A stretch of DNA of 64,000 bases from Spirochaetaceae bacterium (GCA_965224705.1 OZ245056.1:640001-704000); one strand, 5' to 3'; positions 41,399 to 53,316 are shown, counted from the stretch's first letter. A program made the numbers and translations. Notes: generated from the sequence alone by a model not told the origin.

Positions 41399-43508
41399 AC
41401 AACCTCCTCCCTGGCTGGATGGACTCAACAGCATGCAGGCCAGAGCCGTAACACATGGAGAGGCCCCTCTCTTAATACTGGCCGGAGCCGGATCGGGTAA
41501 AACACGGGTTATTACATCGCGAATCGCCTGGATGGTGGCCGAAAAAAAATTCGATGCGTCATCCATTCTGGCGGTGACTTTTACCAACAAGGCCGCAAGG
41601 GAAATGCAGGAGCGGGTAACAAGCCTGGTACCTGATGCCCGGAAGGTTATGATAAAAACCTTTCACTCCTTCGGGGCCTGGATCCTGAGGCGATATGCCG
41701 GTGCTGCCGGTTTATCATCCGACTTCACGATTTATGACGACAATGATCAGGTCAGTCTGCTTTCCCAGATCGTTGATGGAATTTCCCGTCGGGAACTGCG
41801 TCTATGGACTCACCGCATAGCCCGGGCGAAGGATGATGGATTGGGTCCAGATGACGATCTGTCGGAGTTTTCTCACAATCCAGACTTTCCCCATATTTAC
41901 CGCCTCTATGAAGAGCGTTTACGAAGTATAGGTAATGTGGATTTCGGAGACCTTATCTACCTCCCCAATCTTCTTTTGAAAAAGAATTCAGAAATACGTG
42001 ATCGTTTAAGACGGAGATTTCAGGCCATTCTGGTTGATGAATACCAGGATACCAATGTGGCACAGTACCAGTTGCTCAAAGAATTAACCGGACCTGAGAC
42101 CTGGCTCAGCGTTGTTGGGGACGACGACCAGTCCATCTACAGTTTTCGTGGGGCCGAAGTAGGGAACATTCTGAAATTCTCCCATATGTTTTCCGGTACG
42201 CAGGTGATGAAGCTGGAGCAGAATTACCGGTCAACAAAAACCATCCTGAATATTGCTTCTGCTGTTGTATCCAACAATGCTGGACGCCTTGGAAAAACTC
42301 TCTGGACTGACGGCACAACCGGTGAGAAAGCCATTCTGGCCTTTCTGAGCGACCAGGAAGCCGAAGCCGAATGGTGTGCCGATCTGGTGAATACTGATGG
42401 AAACTTCGGAGGAACAGCGATTCTTTACCGAACAAATGCCCAGTCCCGTATCTTCGAGACGGTATTTCGCCGCCGGGACATCCCATACCGAATCGTTGGA
42501 ACACTGAGTTTCTATCAGCGGGAAGAAGTGAAAGATGTTCTGGCCTATATGGCCTGGCTGTCCAATCCCCAGGATGAAGTAGCATTCAGGCGTATTGCAA
42601 ACAAACCATCCCGCGGCCTTGGGAAATCCAGTCTGAATAAACTCATTACCCTGGCAGTCAGGCAATTCTCCGGCGATATTCTGGAGGCCTGTACGCAGAA
42701 TATACTGAAGGGCAAAGCAGCCAGAGCCTCAGTATTCCTCAAAGAAATGGCCAACCGATACAGGGGAGGGCAAACTCAGGAACCTCAATTTGAAAATCTG
42801 GGCTTGATGGTAAAGGATCTGGCATCGTTTTCAGGGCTGATTACCTATTACCGTGAGGTAGATCAGATAGAAAATACCCGCCGAATAGATAACATTGACG
42901 AATTGGTGAATGCTGCCGCCGACTATCCGGCAAGTCAGGAAGGACTTACAGCCTTCCTTGAAATTATAGAACTTGATCAAGTAGCCCTGGAAGAAGAAGA
43001 TAATGATACAGACAGAGTTACTTTGATTACCATACATAATACAAAAGGACTGGAGTTCGACAGAGTAATTGTTACCGGTCTGGAGGAAGATCTTTTTCCT
43101 CGGGGTGATGAAGGATTCAATGATGATGAAACCGAAGAGGAAAGGCGTTTATTCTATGTAGCAATTACACGGGCTCGTCAGAATTTAGCTTTTACCTCCT
43201 GTCGCTCAAGAATGATATGGGGACGTAATCGGATTTCCACTCCATCGCGATTCCTGAAGGAACTTCCAGGGGATTTCATTAAGCAGGAGGGTCAGGCCGG
43301 AAATGCCGAAGACTCAGCCCTGTGGAGACCTGGAACTCAGATTTACCACGACGAATACGGTGCGGGCGTGGTACAAAAATGTCTCTCAAACACTGGAAAC
43401 ACTGTGATTCATGTTGTATTTGAATCTGGCAGACGAGCGACATTGATACCGGAATTCACGTCTCACAAAATGGAGATATTGGGATATGTACGGTCCACTG
43501 AATACTGA
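41391..43508 (+). CDS. uvrD: UvrD/PcrA SF1 DNA helicase
   Basis: AGAGSGKT, TFTNKAA, DEYQD, GDDDQSIY and EERRLFYVAITRA; C-terminal Tudor-like domain. Confidence 0.95.
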   Translation: MNKQPPPWLDGLNSMQARAVTHGEAPLLILAGAGSGKTRVITSRIAWMVAEKKFDASSILAVTFTNKAAREMQERVTSLVPDARKVMIKTFHSFGAWILRRYAGAAGLSSDFTIYDDNDQVSLLSQIVDGISRRELRLWTHRIARAKDDGLGPDDDLSEFSHNPDFPHIYRLYEERLRSIGNVDFGDLIYLPNLLLKKNSEIRDRLRRRFQAILVDEYQDTNVAQYQLLKELTGPETWLSVVGDDDQSIYSFRGAEVGNILKFSHMFSGTQVMKLEQNYRSTKTILNIASAVVSNNAGRLGKTLWTDGTTGEKAILAFLSDQEAEAEWCADLVNTDGNFGGTAILYRTNAQSRIFETVFRRRDIPYRIVGTLSFYQREEVKDVLAYMAWLSNPQDEVAFRRIANKPSRGLGKSSLNKLITLAVRQFSGDILEACTQNILKGKAARASVFLKEMANRYRGGQTQEPQFENLGLMVKDLASFSGLITYYREVDQIENTRRIDNIDELVNAAADYPASQEGLTAFLEIIELDQVALEEEDNDTDRVTLITIHNTKGLEFDRVIVTGLEEDLFPRGDEGFNDDETEEERRLFYVAITRARQNLAFTSCRSRMIWGRNRISTPSRFLKELPGDFIKQEGQAGNAEDSALWRPGTQIYHDEYGAGVVQKCLSNTGNTVIHVVFESGRRATLIPEFTSHKMEILGYVRSTEY

Positions 43509-44271
43509 AGAAGCCTCCCTGATCGCCCGTCTTCCCATTATCAACCGTGCTCGCGGTGCCAGACTCTACACCGCTGAGGGCAGCCGATGGCTTGATTGCT
43601 GGGCCGATGGAGGACGGGCCCTGATCGGCCATCGGCCTGGAGGAGTTTCACTCAGGTTGAAAAACGAAATCAACCGCGGATTATACGCCCCCTACCCCAA
43701 TCGCTGGGATAAACGTCTGGCAGCGGCATTGCTCAAATTATTTCCCGGTTATAAAACCGTCCGTATCTTCCGAAACATGGAAAGGGCCGCAGCACTGTCT
43801 TCCCGGAAAAAGCATCCCATCGACCCCCTGGATCTTCCAGTGGAGACCCGTACCATAGCGGACCCAATCTGGGGACGTCCCCTGCTTCCCAACCACCCTG
43901 GAAGCAGCATTCTCTTCCCCATTCTACCTGTGCCTGGAATCATTGAAGCTCAGACTGTGCTTTACACAGGTGAATTTGATGATCAACTGCCTTTGAATGA
44001 TCCTGTGTCTCCTCTGATACTGGCCGCACTTACCCGTTCCTGCTCAGCTCTGGGAGGGAGTACTTGCATTGATCGTGGTGAAGACTCTGAGTATTGGGCA
44101 ATGAGAGGACCATACATGGTGTATCGCGGCGACGAAAAGGATTACAGAAAAATATTCGAGATCCTTTTCAACCGGGCTGTTCTTATCGCTCCCTCGCCTC
44201 ATCGACCTTCAATTTATCCTGGAGATATCTCTGAGGGAGAGAAGAAATTGCTGAGAATCCCCTCCAAATGA
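43486..44271 (+). CDS. Hypothetical protein with an aminotransferase class III-like N-terminus
   Basis: RARGARLYTAEGSRWLD...LIGH resembles the class III aminotransferase N-terminus; no DEVQ or PLP-lysine motif seen. Confidence 0.6.
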   Translation: MYGPLNTEEASLIARLPIINRARGARLYTAEGSRWLDCWADGGRALIGHRPGGVSLRLKNEINRGLYAPYPNRWDKRLAAALLKLFPGYKTVRIFRNMERAAALSSRKKHPIDPLDLPVETRTIADPIWGRPLLPNHPGSSILFPILPVPGIIEAQTVLYTGEFDDQLPLNDPVSPLILAALTRSCSALGGSTCIDRGEDSEYWAMRGPYMVYRGDEKDYRKIFEILFNRAVLIAPSPHRPSIYPGDISEGEKKLLRIPSK

Positions 44272-44292
44272 ATGTTTACTGAACCCTACGAA

Positions 44293-44402
44293 GTGTCAGA
44301 AAGCTTGTTAAATCAGAAAAGAATTTCTTTAAATGACTGTTTTGATGACTTAGAACCTTACAATCACCAGAAACAGAGGGAATGTAACAAGCTTCCTGAC
44401 AC
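44293..44402 (+). mobile_element. MITE-like element, family B, full copy (110 bp)
   Basis: 18-bp terminal inverted repeats GTGTCAGAAAGCTTGTTA and TAACAAGCTTCCTGACAC (17/18). Confidence 0.78.
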
Positions 44403-44492
44403 CGGGATTTACCACACAAATTCCGGAAATCCCCTGAAATTCTCAAATCAACCAATCAAAAACCGGGCAGGCTCCACTGCCAACCCTCTCAA

Positions 44493-45638
44493 TCAGTTCC
44501 TGTCCTCAATCCCGACCCACGGCCTGTCAACTTCTCCGGTGTATAGGGCCTTGGGCCTGTAGAGCCTGTTATTGCTCCGCTGTTCAAGAATGTGAGCCAG
44601 CCAGCCGGAAATTCTTGCAATAGCAAAAATAGGAGTGAAAAGGTTGGAAGGGATTCCAAGCTGACTGTACACAGCTCCTGAGAAAAAGTCCACGTTTGGA
44701 TAAATGGGTTTTCCCTTCTCTTCCATCTCCTCCCTGAACACCTTTTCAACCATTTTGAGAATATTGATATTCCGAAAATCGTTGCTCTTCCGGGACAAAG
44801 TCTGAAGATACTCCTCCATAAGGATGGCCCTGGGGTCTTTTGCCTTATAGACACGGTGTCCCATTCCCATAACTTTTCGTTTTTCCTGAAATGCCTTTTT
44901 TAGCCAGGGTTTCACATTATCGACGCTTCCAATTTCATCCACCATCATCATAACCTTTTCATTTGCGCCGCCATGCAGACTCCCGTAAAGGCTTCCGATA
45001 GCGGCTGAAATGGCACAGTAACAGGTGGAAAGGGTGGATGCAACAACTCTGGCCGTAAATGTTGAAGCATTAAAAGAATGCTCGGCGTGAAGAGTAAGGC
45101 AGGTGTCCATGATTTTACCATCTTCATGATCCGGCTCTTTATTGCTCAACTGCCAGAGAAAGTTTGCTCCATGAGAAAGATCCTTCCTGGGTGGAACATA
45201 TTCCAGGCCATTCCGGAATCGGTGCCAGGCGGCCACAACACCGGGAATCTGGGCAATCTGGTGGAGGGTTTGACGGCAATTACACGTTGCCGAATGTTCA
45301 ATCTTATGGTCAATATAGCCCGAAAGGAAGTTGATGACCGATTGAAGCAATTCCATTGGATGAGCTGTCTTTGGAAAAGTTTTAATCAGCTGTAATATCT
45401 CGGGCTTGAGTTCCCGGCCTTCCCGAAGTTCCGTACTGAAGCTCTTAAGCTGACTGGAATTGGGTAACTGTCCATAGAGAAGAAGATAGGTTGTTTCCTC
45501 AAAAGTGGCATACTCTGCCAGATCTGTGATTCCATATCCATAATAGTAGAGTTGACCCTTTTCTCCGTCCACCTTGCAGATACGGCTTTCACCTGCGATC
45601 ACCCCTTCCAATCCCTGTGCGTATGTTGTTTCAGCCAT
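44493..45638 (-). CDS. gltA: Citrate (or 2-methylcitrate) synthase
   Basis: [28 protein letters not shown] and PNVDF motifs; AAGGAGG RBS. Confidence 0.92.
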   Translation of the reverse strand: MAETTYAQGLEGVIAGESRICKVDGEKGQLYYYGYGITDLAEYATFEETTYLLLYGQLPNSSQLKSFSTELREGRELKPEILQLIKTFPKTAHPMELLQSVINFLSGYIDHKIEHSATCNCRQTLHQIAQIPGVVAAWHRFRNGLEYVPPRKDLSHGANFLWQLSNKEPDHEDGKIMDTCLTLHAEHSFNASTFTARVVASTLSTCYCAISAAIGSLYGSLHGGANEKVMMMVDEIGSVDNVKPWLKKAFQEKRKVMGMGHRVYKAKDPRAILMEEYLQTLSRKSNDFRNINILKMVEKVFREEMEEKGKPIYPNVDFFSGAVYSQLGIPSNLFTPIFAIARISGWLAHILEQRSNNRLYRPKALYTGEVDRPWVGIEDRN

Positions 45639-45692
45639 TTTCAATTCCTCCTTGGAGCACCAGTATTGTTCTACATTATTATATTATACGAA

Positions 45693-46568
45693 TTATCTTT
45701 CCGCCAGTATTCCACGAATTAATCCGGGGATTTGGCCCGGGGTGTCTGCTACAGGTACACCGGCTTTTCCAAAAGCCTCGACTTTTGCCTCAGCGGTTCC
45801 CTGTCCTCCGGAAACAATGGCACCGGCATGTCCCATGCGTTTCCCCTCCGGGGCAGAGCGCCCTGAGATAAATGCAACGACCGGTTTTTTCATGCGGGAG
45901 GCAATGAACTCGGCAGCCTGTTCTTCGGCATTACCCCCAATTTCTCCAATCAATACAACGGCATCCGTTCCAGGATCGGACTCAAATCTCTCCAGAAGAT
46001 CCAGGTAGCCCGTTCCAATGATGGGATCGCCCCCGACTCCAATACATGTAGACTGACCCATTCCCGCACCGGTAAGGGCATGAACAACCTCATAGGTAAG
46101 AGTTCCAGAACGGCTGATAACACCTGTTTTTCCCGGCCTGTGAATGAAGGCCGGCATGATGCCGATTTTAGATTTCCCCGGGCTGATTAAACCCGGACAG
46201 TTCGGCCCTATCAGAACTTGATTACGATCACGGACAAGATGATATATCTCCAGCATGTCCAGTACGGGAACTCCCTCGGTAATGCAGATAATGAGGGAGA
46301 TGCCTGCATTTGAAGCCTCCTTCATGGCATCTGCGGCGAACTTTGCCGGTACGAATATTACACTGGCATTGGCCGATGTTGCTTTTCGAGCCTGTTCAAC
46401 AGTATCAAAAACAGGTATTCCGTCCACATCAGAACCGCCCTTGCCGGGAGTCACCCCCCCCACAACACTGGTTCCATCCGCCTTCATTCTTCCGGCATGA
46501 AAAGAACCATCTCTTCCTGTTACACCCTGAACGATTAATCGTGTATTCTCATCCAATAATATGCTCAT
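45693..46568 (-). CDS. sucD: Succinyl-CoA synthetase alpha subunit
   Basis: [15 protein letters not shown] and RMGHAGA. Start moved to MSILL. Confidence 0.96.
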   Translation of the reverse strand: MSILLDENTRLIVQGVTGRDGSFHAGRMKADGTSVVGGVTPGKGGSDVDGIPVFDTVEQARKATSANASVIFVPAKFAADAMKEASNAGISLIICITEGVPVLDMLEIYHLVRDRNQVLIGPNCPGLISPGKSKIGIMPAFIHRPGKTGVISRSGTLTYEVVHALTGAGMGQSTCIGVGGDPIIGTGYLDLLERFESDPGTDAVVLIGEIGGNAEEQAAEFIASRMKKPVVAFISGRSAPEGKRMGHAGAIVSGGQGTAEAKVEAFGKAGVPVADTPGQIPGLIRGILAER

Positions 46569-46569
46569 C

Positions 46570-47700
46570 CTAACCCCTCGCCACGGCAATAACGTCTTTA
46601 ACAGCCCTGTCCAGATCTACACCGGCAGAATAACCGGCTTTTTTAAGTATATCCTTCCCGGCTTCCTGATTGGTTCCCACGAGCCGAACAACCAGGGGAA
46701 CCCTTATTTCAAGTTGATTCCGGGCCATTATAAGACCATTGGCAATGTCGTCACATCGGGTAATGCCGCCAAATATGTTGATGAGAATCGCCTTAACTCC
46801 GGGATTCCTCAGGATAATATTCAGCGCATCTGCTACTTTCTGCGGATTGGAACTGCCTCCCACATCCAGAAAATTGGCCGCTTCGCCGCCATAATGCTTG
46901 ATGAGATCCATGGTAGCCATGGCCAATCCGGCACCGTTAACGATGCAGCCGATGTCACCATCCATACTGACAAAACTGAGATTTTTTTCCCTGGCCTCCA
47001 CCTCATCGGCACTGTCTTCCTCAGGATTCCGCAAAGCCTCAATTTCCGGGTGTCTGAACAGGGCATTATCATCAAAATTAATTTTTCCATCCAGGGCCAG
47101 CATTCGTCCGTCCGGCGTTAAGGCATAAGGATTTATTTCCGCAAGAGAAGCATCTTTCTCCTTAAACAGGGTAAAAAGTGCTGCAGCAGCCTTCAATGCC
47201 TGGGACCGCTGCTTCCTATCGGGAATGGATTTCGCTAAAAATGCATCCAGCTCCGGTTCATCCAGCGGCTGGTGGGGATGGAGAGTCATCCTGTGAATGG
47301 CATCGGGATCAGAGGCGGCCAGTTCTTCAATTTCCACACCCCCCTGATCGGTGAGCATCAGAGTAATTCCCTGCCGGGCCCTGTCCAATACCATGCCCAG
47401 ATAATGTTCTTTTTCTATGGTAGCCGAATCACACACAAGAATTCTTTCTACCGGATACCCTTTAATACTCAGACCAAGAATTCTTTCGGCCTTTTCTTCC
47501 ACTTCCGAGGCTGTATCGGCCAGTTTCACACCACCGGCCCTGCCCCGGCCCCCGGCAAGAACCTGGGCCTTTACAACGGTTTGTTTCCATCCCTTTGCAG
47601 CCTCACGGGCCTGGGATGGGCTGGTGACAAGTCGATAATCATTGACGGGGATCCCATATTCCCTGAATAAATCTCTGGCCTGATGCTCGTGGATTTTCAT
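46570..47700 (-). CDS. sucC: Succinyl-CoA synthetase beta subunit
   Basis: [17 protein letters not shown] and NIFGGI. Start moved to MKIHEH. Confidence 0.96.
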   Translation of the reverse strand: MKIHEHQARDLFREYGIPVNDYRLVTSPSQAREAAKGWKQTVVKAQVLAGGRGRAGGVKLADTASEVEEKAERILGLSIKGYPVERILVCDSATIEKEHYLGMVLDRARQGITLMLTDQGGVEIEELAASDPDAIHRMTLHPHQPLDEPELDAFLAKSIPDRKQRSQALKAAAALFTLFKEKDASLAEINPYALTPDGRMLALDGKINFDDNALFRHPEIEALRNPEEDSADEVEAREKNLSFVSMDGDIGCIVNGAGLAMATMDLIKHYGGEAANFLDVGGSSNPQKVADALNIILRNPGVKAILINIFGGITRCDDIANGLIMARNQLEIRVPLVVRLVGTNQEAGKDILKKAGYSAGVDLDRAVKDVIAVARG

Positions 47701-48419
47701 AAATTTCCTTCTTTGTATTTTTTGATTGTCCGCTTGGTTAGATTTATAAGTTTCGTAATCTTTATATCTCTGGGACAAACCTTTGTGCAGTCAAAGTGAT
47801 TATCACAGGACCAGACAGCTTTGTCAGCATCCACAATTTTCAGGCGTTCTGCCCATCCCCTGTCCCGGCTGTCAAAGACAAATCGGGCAGCAGCCACCAG
47901 GGCCGCCGGTCCGAGGAAGTCAGGTTTTTGTTCAACAACGGGACAGGCCGAATAGCAGGAACCGCAATTGATGCATTTGGTGGCCTCGTCAATAAGGGCT
48001 CTATCCTCAGGAGACTGGTAAAACTCACCCCGGGGAGGCGGCGCCTCTTTTGGAATAAGATAGGGCTTGACACTTCGGAATTTAGCAAGAAACATGGATT
48101 GATCCACCATGAGATCCTTTTGAACCGGCATGTTTCTCAGGGGATCCAGAGTAATGACATCCCCATCTTTTTCAGCCGCATCCCGAATGAGTGTTTTACA
48201 CGCCAATCGTTCCTTACCGTTAATTCTCATGGCATCCGAACCGCATATTCCATGAGCGCAGGATTTTCGGAATCCCAGAGTTCCATCAACATTGCGTGAT
48301 ATATACATCAACGCATCCAGTATTCGGTCAGTGGGTTTCAAATCCACATCATAGCGTACTCGCCGGGCTTTAGAATCAGTCTCAGAATCAAATCGTTTTA
48401 CATCCAGAGTTACTTTCAT
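47697..48419 (-). CDS. sdhB: Succinate dehydrogenase/fumarate reductase Fe-S subunit
   Basis: SCAHGICGSD, CINCGSCYSAC and CxxxxxCTKVCP motifs. Confidence 0.93.
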   Translation of the reverse strand: MKVTLDVKRFDSETDSKARRVRYDVDLKPTDRILDALMYISRNVDGTLGFRKSCAHGICGSDAMRINGKERLACKTLIRDAAEKDGDVITLDPLRNMPVQKDLMVDQSMFLAKFRSVKPYLIPKEAPPPRGEFYQSPEDRALIDEATKCINCGSCYSACPVVEQKPDFLGPAALVAAARFVFDSRDRGWAERLKIVDADKAVWSCDNHFDCTKVCPRDIKITKLINLTKRTIKKYKEGNL

Positions 48420-48430
48420 TTACAACCTCT

Positions 48431-50167
48431 CTAATAGACTCTCGGCTTCGGTTCCCATCGGCTGATATCGACAGGTTTCGAACCCAGAATTATCTTGTCA
48501 TTTTCCATTTTACTCAAGGAATGCTTCAGCCAGTTATCATCATCCCTGTCCGGGTAGTCTTCCCGGGAATGGGCTCCACGGCTTTCAGTGCGGGCCAATG
48601 CCGCCGATGCCGTATGGAGGGACAGGTCCAGTAAATTCTCAAGTTCCAGAATTGTAAGAACCTCGGCATTGAAATTGACATCCTTATCCTGGACTCCAAT
48701 TTCTCCGCAGGAGGCTCTCAGATTCGTTATATCTGAAACGGCTTTCTGCATATCCCTTCCCCTGCGGTACACACCAACATTGGCCATCATGCTTTCTTCC
48801 ATGGCTTTGTAGGTATCTCCGGGACTTCTACCTCCCTTTTTCAGTTTTTTAATTTTATCCTTCCACATGGCCAACTTATCGTCCCCACTCTGACCTGGAT
48901 TGGGCTGGGAAGCACCTTTGACATACTGACCCATGGACTGACCCGATCGACGGCCATAGACGATGAGTTCTACAAGACTATTCGTTCCCAGGCGATTGGC
49001 ACCATGCACCGAAACACAGGCGCATTCACCGGCAGCAAACAAACCATCCCAGACGGTTGTTCCATCCGTAACACGGCCATCCACATCGGTGGGGATGCCG
49101 CCCATGGCATAGTGGGCAGTTGGCTGAACAGGCATGGGTTCATGGACGGGATCAATGCCCAGATAAGTTCGGCAGAAGTCCGCAATATCAGGAATCTTGG
49201 CTTCCACAACATCCCGGCCCAGATGGCTGGCATCAAGATGAACCCAGTCATCAATTCTACCCTTGCCTTCAATACCATTACCTTTGGCAATTTCCGTCAT
49301 AATGGCCCGGCTTACCATGTCGCGGGGGGCCAGATCCAGCAGGGTGGGCGCATACTTCTCCATGAAGCGTTCACCATGACGATTGTAAAGGATCCCCCCT
49401 TCTCCACGGACACCCTCCGTAATAAGAATCCCCATCTTCCGTATGCCTGTGGGATGGAACTGAAAGAATTCCATATCCATGAGGGGAACACCGGCCCGTG
49501 CCAGTACGGCCGGTCCATCACCCGTGTTGGCAATGGCATTTGAGGTCACCTTGAACATGCGTCCAAATCCGCCGGTGGCAAAAAGAACGGCCCTGGCACA
49601 CACCAGATGCAGTTCGCCTGTGGAGAACTCAAATACGATGAGACCGGTCAGCTTTGTACCATCCATAACAGTATCCACCACCTGCCACTCATTATGAAAA
49701 GCCACATCATTTTTGATGCACTGCTGGTAGAGGGTCTGGAGTATCATGTTTCCGGTTCTATCGGCTGCGCAGCAGGATCTCATCACAGCTGCGGCCCCGA
49801 ATTCCTTTGTATGCCCCCCGAACCGCCGCTGTTCAATCTTACCTTCCGGCGTTCTACTGAAAGGAAGCCCGCGATTTTCAAGATCGTAAACCGCCCGTAC
49901 CGCTTCTTCGGCCAGGATGACGGCAGCATTCTGGTCAACCAGATAATCGCCCCCCTTCACCGTGTCAAAGGCATGCCATTCAGGACTGTCTTCTTCCATA
50001 TTACCAAGAGCGGCCCCTATACCTCCCTGAGCAGCACCCGTATGGCTTCGCTGGGGATACAGCTTGGTAATCACCGCCGTTTTGCTGACACCGGATGCTT
50101 CCAGAGCCGCATATAAACCGGCTCCGCCTGCTCCCACAATCACAACATCATAATCAAATCGCATCAT
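48431..50167 (-). CDS. sdhA: Succinate dehydrogenase/fumarate reductase flavoprotein
   Basis: [26 protein letters not shown] and HGANRLG motifs. Confidence 0.95.
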   Translation of the reverse strand: MMRFDYDVVIVGAGGAGLYAALEASGVSKTAVITKLYPQRSHTGAAQGGIGAALGNMEEDSPEWHAFDTVKGGDYLVDQNAAVILAEEAVRAVYDLENRGLPFSRTPEGKIEQRRFGGHTKEFGAAAVMRSCCAADRTGNMILQTLYQQCIKNDVAFHNEWQVVDTVMDGTKLTGLIVFEFSTGELHLVCARAVLFATGGFGRMFKVTSNAIANTGDGPAVLARAGVPLMDMEFFQFHPTGIRKMGILITEGVRGEGGILYNRHGERFMEKYAPTLLDLAPRDMVSRAIMTEIAKGNGIEGKGRIDDWVHLDASHLGRDVVEAKIPDIADFCRTYLGIDPVHEPMPVQPTAHYAMGGIPTDVDGRVTDGTTVWDGLFAAGECACVSVHGANRLGTNSLVELIVYGRRSGQSMGQYVKGASQPNPGQSGDDKLAMWKDKIKKLKKGGRSPGDTYKAMEESMMANVGVYRRGRDMQKAVSDITNLRASCGEIGVQDKDVNFNAEVLTILELENLLDLSLHTASAALARTESRGAHSREDYPDRDDDNWLKHSLSKMENDKIILGSKPVDISRWEPKPRVY

Positions 50168-52815
50168 TCCTCCTTCAAACCTTTCAGAACGTAGTTAAGG
50201 ATGCCTCCACTTCTCCAATACTCCATCTCCACCGCCGTATCTATGCGGCAGATAACAGGAATATCCAGCACCGTTTCATCGCTTCTCACTGCCCTCACCA
50301 CCATTTTGCTTCCGGTTTTCAATTCACCAAGACCGGAGATGGTGTAGGATTCAGAGCCATCCAGTCCATGGGAAGCCACGGAACCTCCATCATCAAATTC
50401 AAGGGGGAGAATACCCATCCCCACAAGATTGGAACGGTGAATACGTTCGTAACTCTCAGCGATCACAGCCCCGACTCCCTGGAGCATGGGCCCCTTCCCG
50501 GCCCAGTCCCTGGAGGAGCCGGTACCGTACTCCTTCCCTGCCAATATGATTAGAGGAAAGCCCTCCTTCATCCACGCATCGGCAGCATCAAAAATACTGA
50601 CCGTATCACCTTTGGGATTTCTGGAATATCCCCCTTCAATTCCCTTCAGCATGGCATTTTTTATTCTTATGTTGGCAAAAGTACCCCGCATCATCACTTC
50701 ATGATTGCCCCGGCGGCTCCCGAAGGAATTAAAATCTGCCGGACGTACACCGTGAGATACTAAATACTTCCCTGCCGGTCCGTCCGCGGGAATACTGCCG
50801 GCCGGTGAAATATGATCCGTTGTGGTGGAATCAGGCAGTATGGCCAGACACCGTGCATCGGCAATTGACTGAATATCCCGGTCGTTTTCAAAATTCTCAA
50901 AAAATGGGGGACGGCGTATGTAGGTACTGTCTTCCTCCCAGTCATACTGACTTCCGGAAGGGGCCTTGAGTTTCTGCCAGCGGTCTGTACCCTTGAATAC
51001 ATCCGAACAGGCTTCCCTGTAGAGTTTCGAAGTGACGTACTGATCAAGCACTGAGTTAATTTCTTCCGATGTGGGCCATACATCCTTCAGATAGACCGGC
51101 TGGCCTTCCTCATCCACACCCAGAGGATCCTTCTTGAAATCAATCAATACCGTGCCGGCCAGCGCATAGGCCACCACCAGAGGCGGGGAGGCTAAATAGC
51201 TTGCCTTTGAATCAGGGCTCACCCTTCCCTCAAAATTACGGTTCCCGGACAGTACGTTGGCTGTAACAAGATTTCCGGCCTGGATGGCTTCTTTTATCTC
51301 AGGCGGCAGCGGCCCTGAGTTTCCTATGCATGTTGTGCAGCCATACCCAACCAGATGAAATCCCTGAGATTCAAGAGATCGGGTAAGCCCGGCCGCATCA
51401 AGGTAGGCTGTTACAACCCGGCTGCCCGGTGCAAAGGAAGTTTTTACCCAGGGTTTACTTTTCAGCCCTCTGGAAGAAGCCTTCCGGGCCAGTAACCCGG
51501 CCGCAATCAAAACAGCCGGGTTGGAGGTATTTGTACAGCTTGTAATGGCAGCAATCGCCACATCCCCATGGGTAAGATGATGATCCATACCAGCAACAGG
51601 AATGGCGGTTTTTAACTCATCTCCTTTTATATTATATACGGTATCCAGGGACTGGGTGAAATTCTCCGATATTTTGTGAAGATCAACACGATCCTGGGGA
51701 CGCCTGGGCCCGGCCAGGGAAGGAACCACCTCTCCCAGATCCAGAACGAGCATATCGCTGTACCGGGCAGGGGCCTCGTCGTTACGCCACAGACCCTGAG
51801 TTTTCGCATAGGATTCAATCAGGTCAATCTGCTGTTTATCACGGCCGGTGAGGTGCATGTAGGCAATCAGTTCATCATCAATGGGAAACAATCCGCAGGT
51901 TGCTCCGTATTCAGGGGCCATGTTGCTGATAGTGGCCCTGTCCGCCAGACTGAGGGAACTGAGCCCGGCACCGTAGAACTCAACAAACTTACCCACAACG
52001 CCTCTGGCCCGAAGCATTTGCACAAGAGTCAGTACCAGGTCAGTGGCCGTGCAGCCCGGATTCAGTATTCCTTCCAGACAAACACCTGTTACCTGGGGGA
52101 TGAGCATGGTAATTGGCTGTCCAAGCATGGCTGCTTCGGCCTCTATGCCGCCGACTCCCCAGCCGAGCACTCCAAGACCATTGATCATCGTCGTATGACT
52201 GTCTGTTCCAACAACAGTATCCGGGCAGGCAAGGGGATTCCCGCCGTTCACATCTCTGGTCCACACAACTCTGGCCAGATATTCCAGGTTCACCTGATGG
52301 ATTATCCCGGTTCCAGGAGGAACAACACGGAAATTATCAAATGCTCCCTGACCCCACTTCAGAAACCGATAGCGTTCCTGATTGCGTTCAAATTCCAGCT
52401 TAACATTGAGTTCAAACGCATCGGGCGTACTGAAATTATCCACCATCACGGAATGATCGATAACCAGATCCACCGGTACCAGTGGATTGATCTTCGTTAC
52501 ATCACCGCCGGTTTCAGCCAGTGCATCCCGCATGGCCGCCAGATCAACCAGGGCCGGTACACCGGTAAAGTCCTGCATGACTACCCGGGCCGGATGCCAG
52601 GCAATGCCCCGGTTGGATTTTTTTTTCGCATCCCAACTGGCCACGGCTCGGGCATCATCCATACTCACCGCTGGAGATTCATGATTGCGAAGGAGGTTTT
52701 CAAGAAGAATTTTGAGCGAAACAGGCAGATGGCTGATGCTGATTCCCTGCGAATCGGCAAATGCGTCAATGCTGTAGTAATCGTATTCTTTGCTATTCAC
52801 CTTGAGTGTATTCAT
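50164..52815 (-). CDS. acnA: Aconitate hydratase A
   Basis: [29 protein letters not shown] and GSSRDW. Start moved to MNTLK (alternative 52821). Confidence 0.96.
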   Translation of the reverse strand: MNTLKVNSKEYDYYSIDAFADSQGISISHLPVSLKILLENLLRNHESPAVSMDDARAVASWDAKKKSNRGIAWHPARVVMQDFTGVPALVDLAAMRDALAETGGDVTKINPLVPVDLVIDHSVMVDNFSTPDAFELNVKLEFERNQERYRFLKWGQGAFDNFRVVPPGTGIIHQVNLEYLARVVWTRDVNGGNPLACPDTVVGTDSHTTMINGLGVLGWGVGGIEAEAAMLGQPITMLIPQVTGVCLEGILNPGCTATDLVLTLVQMLRARGVVGKFVEFYGAGLSSLSLADRATISNMAPEYGATCGLFPIDDELIAYMHLTGRDKQQIDLIESYAKTQGLWRNDEAPARYSDMLVLDLGEVVPSLAGPRRPQDRVDLHKISENFTQSLDTVYNIKGDELKTAIPVAGMDHHLTHGDVAIAAITSCTNTSNPAVLIAAGLLARKASSRGLKSKPWVKTSFAPGSRVVTAYLDAAGLTRSLESQGFHLVGYGCTTCIGNSGPLPPEIKEAIQAGNLVTANVLSGNRNFEGRVSPDSKASYLASPPLVVAYALAGTVLIDFKKDPLGVDEEGQPVYLKDVWPTSEEINSVLDQYVTSKLYREACSDVFKGTDRWQKLKAPSGSQYDWEEDSTYIRRPPFFENFENDRDIQSIADARCLAILPDSTTTDHISPAGSIPADGPAGKYLVSHGVRPADFNSFGSRRGNHEVMMRGTFANIRIKNAMLKGIEGGYSRNPKGDTVSIFDAADAWMKEGFPLIILAGKEYGTGSSRDWAGKGPMLQGVGAVIAESYERIHRSNLVGMGILPLEFDDGGSVASHGLDGSESYTISGLGELKTGSKMVVRAVRSDETVLDIPVICRIDTAVEMEYWRSGGILNYVLKGLKEE

Positions 52816-52843
52816 TGTCATACCCCCGGAACTTTTATTTTCC

Positions 52844-52872
52844 ATTCTATTGAAAGGAGGAAGGGGGTGCAA
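52844..52872 (-). promoter_or_regulatory. Sigma70 promoter of the acnA-sdhAB-sucCD operon
   Basis: TTGCAC-N17-TAGAAT. Confidence 0.7.
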
Positions 52873-52889
52873 GTAAAATGATTCACGGA

Positions 52890-52967
52890 GTGTCAGCAAG
52901 CTTGTTGAATTCCCATTTTTCAAGGTTCTAAGTCATCAAAACAGCCGTATTAAAGAAATATTTTTCT
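52890..52967 (-). mobile_element. MITE-like family B, truncated inverted copy
   Basis: GTGTCAGCAAGCTTGTT...AAGGTTCTAAGTCATCAAAACAG...TAAAGAAAT aligns with the reverse complement of 44293-44402, including a 23-bp exact block. The outer terminal repeat is missing. Confidence 0.75.
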
Positions 52968-53057
52968 ATAGAAATCATAGGCTGTGATTCAAGACCTGTG
53001 AAATGGAAACAGCGGCCATCCGGCGTCAGAGTTTTCCACCGTAAGAACCGGAATCAG

Positions 53058-53165
53058 CATCAATGCACAAAATGATGTCACCACGAGTAGAGCAGTATAT
53101 CATGCTATCCGGTACAATGCATTTTTCACATTCGTCTTCTCATAACATGACTTCTTGGATTTTCA
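53058..53165 (-). pseudogene. Decayed duplicate of the 5' end of the FN3 lipoprotein gene
   Basis: Translates as MKNALYRIA*YTALLVVTSFCALM against MKKTLYRIAIASLVVISIVALT, with an in-frame TGA. Confidence 0.7.
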
Positions 53166-53216
53166 CACATTCTTTGCCTGTGCAAAGAATTCTGACCTGG
53201 TAAGGCACGGTACATC

Positions 53217-53249
53217 AAAAAAACCAGTCAGACAGTTCTGACTGGTTTT
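53217..53249 (-). terminator. Rho-independent terminator of the lipoprotein gene (possibly bidirectional)
   Basis: AAAACCAGTCAGA-CAGT-TCTGACTGGTTTT; a second hairpin lies at 53263-53300. Confidence 0.85.
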
Positions 53250-53316
53250 AATTTCTCTTTTACTCTTCCTTCTCGACTTATACGGACGAGAAAGAAGGGG
53301 TTACAAACTACTAACT

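Noticed and set aside
44272..44562. 96-aa ORF after the uvrD operon
   Set aside because: It runs through the family B element and antisense into gltA, and has no recognisable motif.
51676..52881. 401-aa plus-strand ORF (likewise 31012..31830, 25563..26297, 38106..38732)
   Set aside because: Antisense shadows of conserved genes (acnA, miaB, argC, nifJ), explained by codon bias.
52816..52923. N-terminal extension of AcnA in the ORF track (similar extensions for asd, dinG, thiN, nifJ, sucC, sucD, argD and the Fe-S subunit)
   Set aside because: These extensions cross promoters, repeats or neighbouring genes. The downstream ATGs fit RBS position and family N-termini better.
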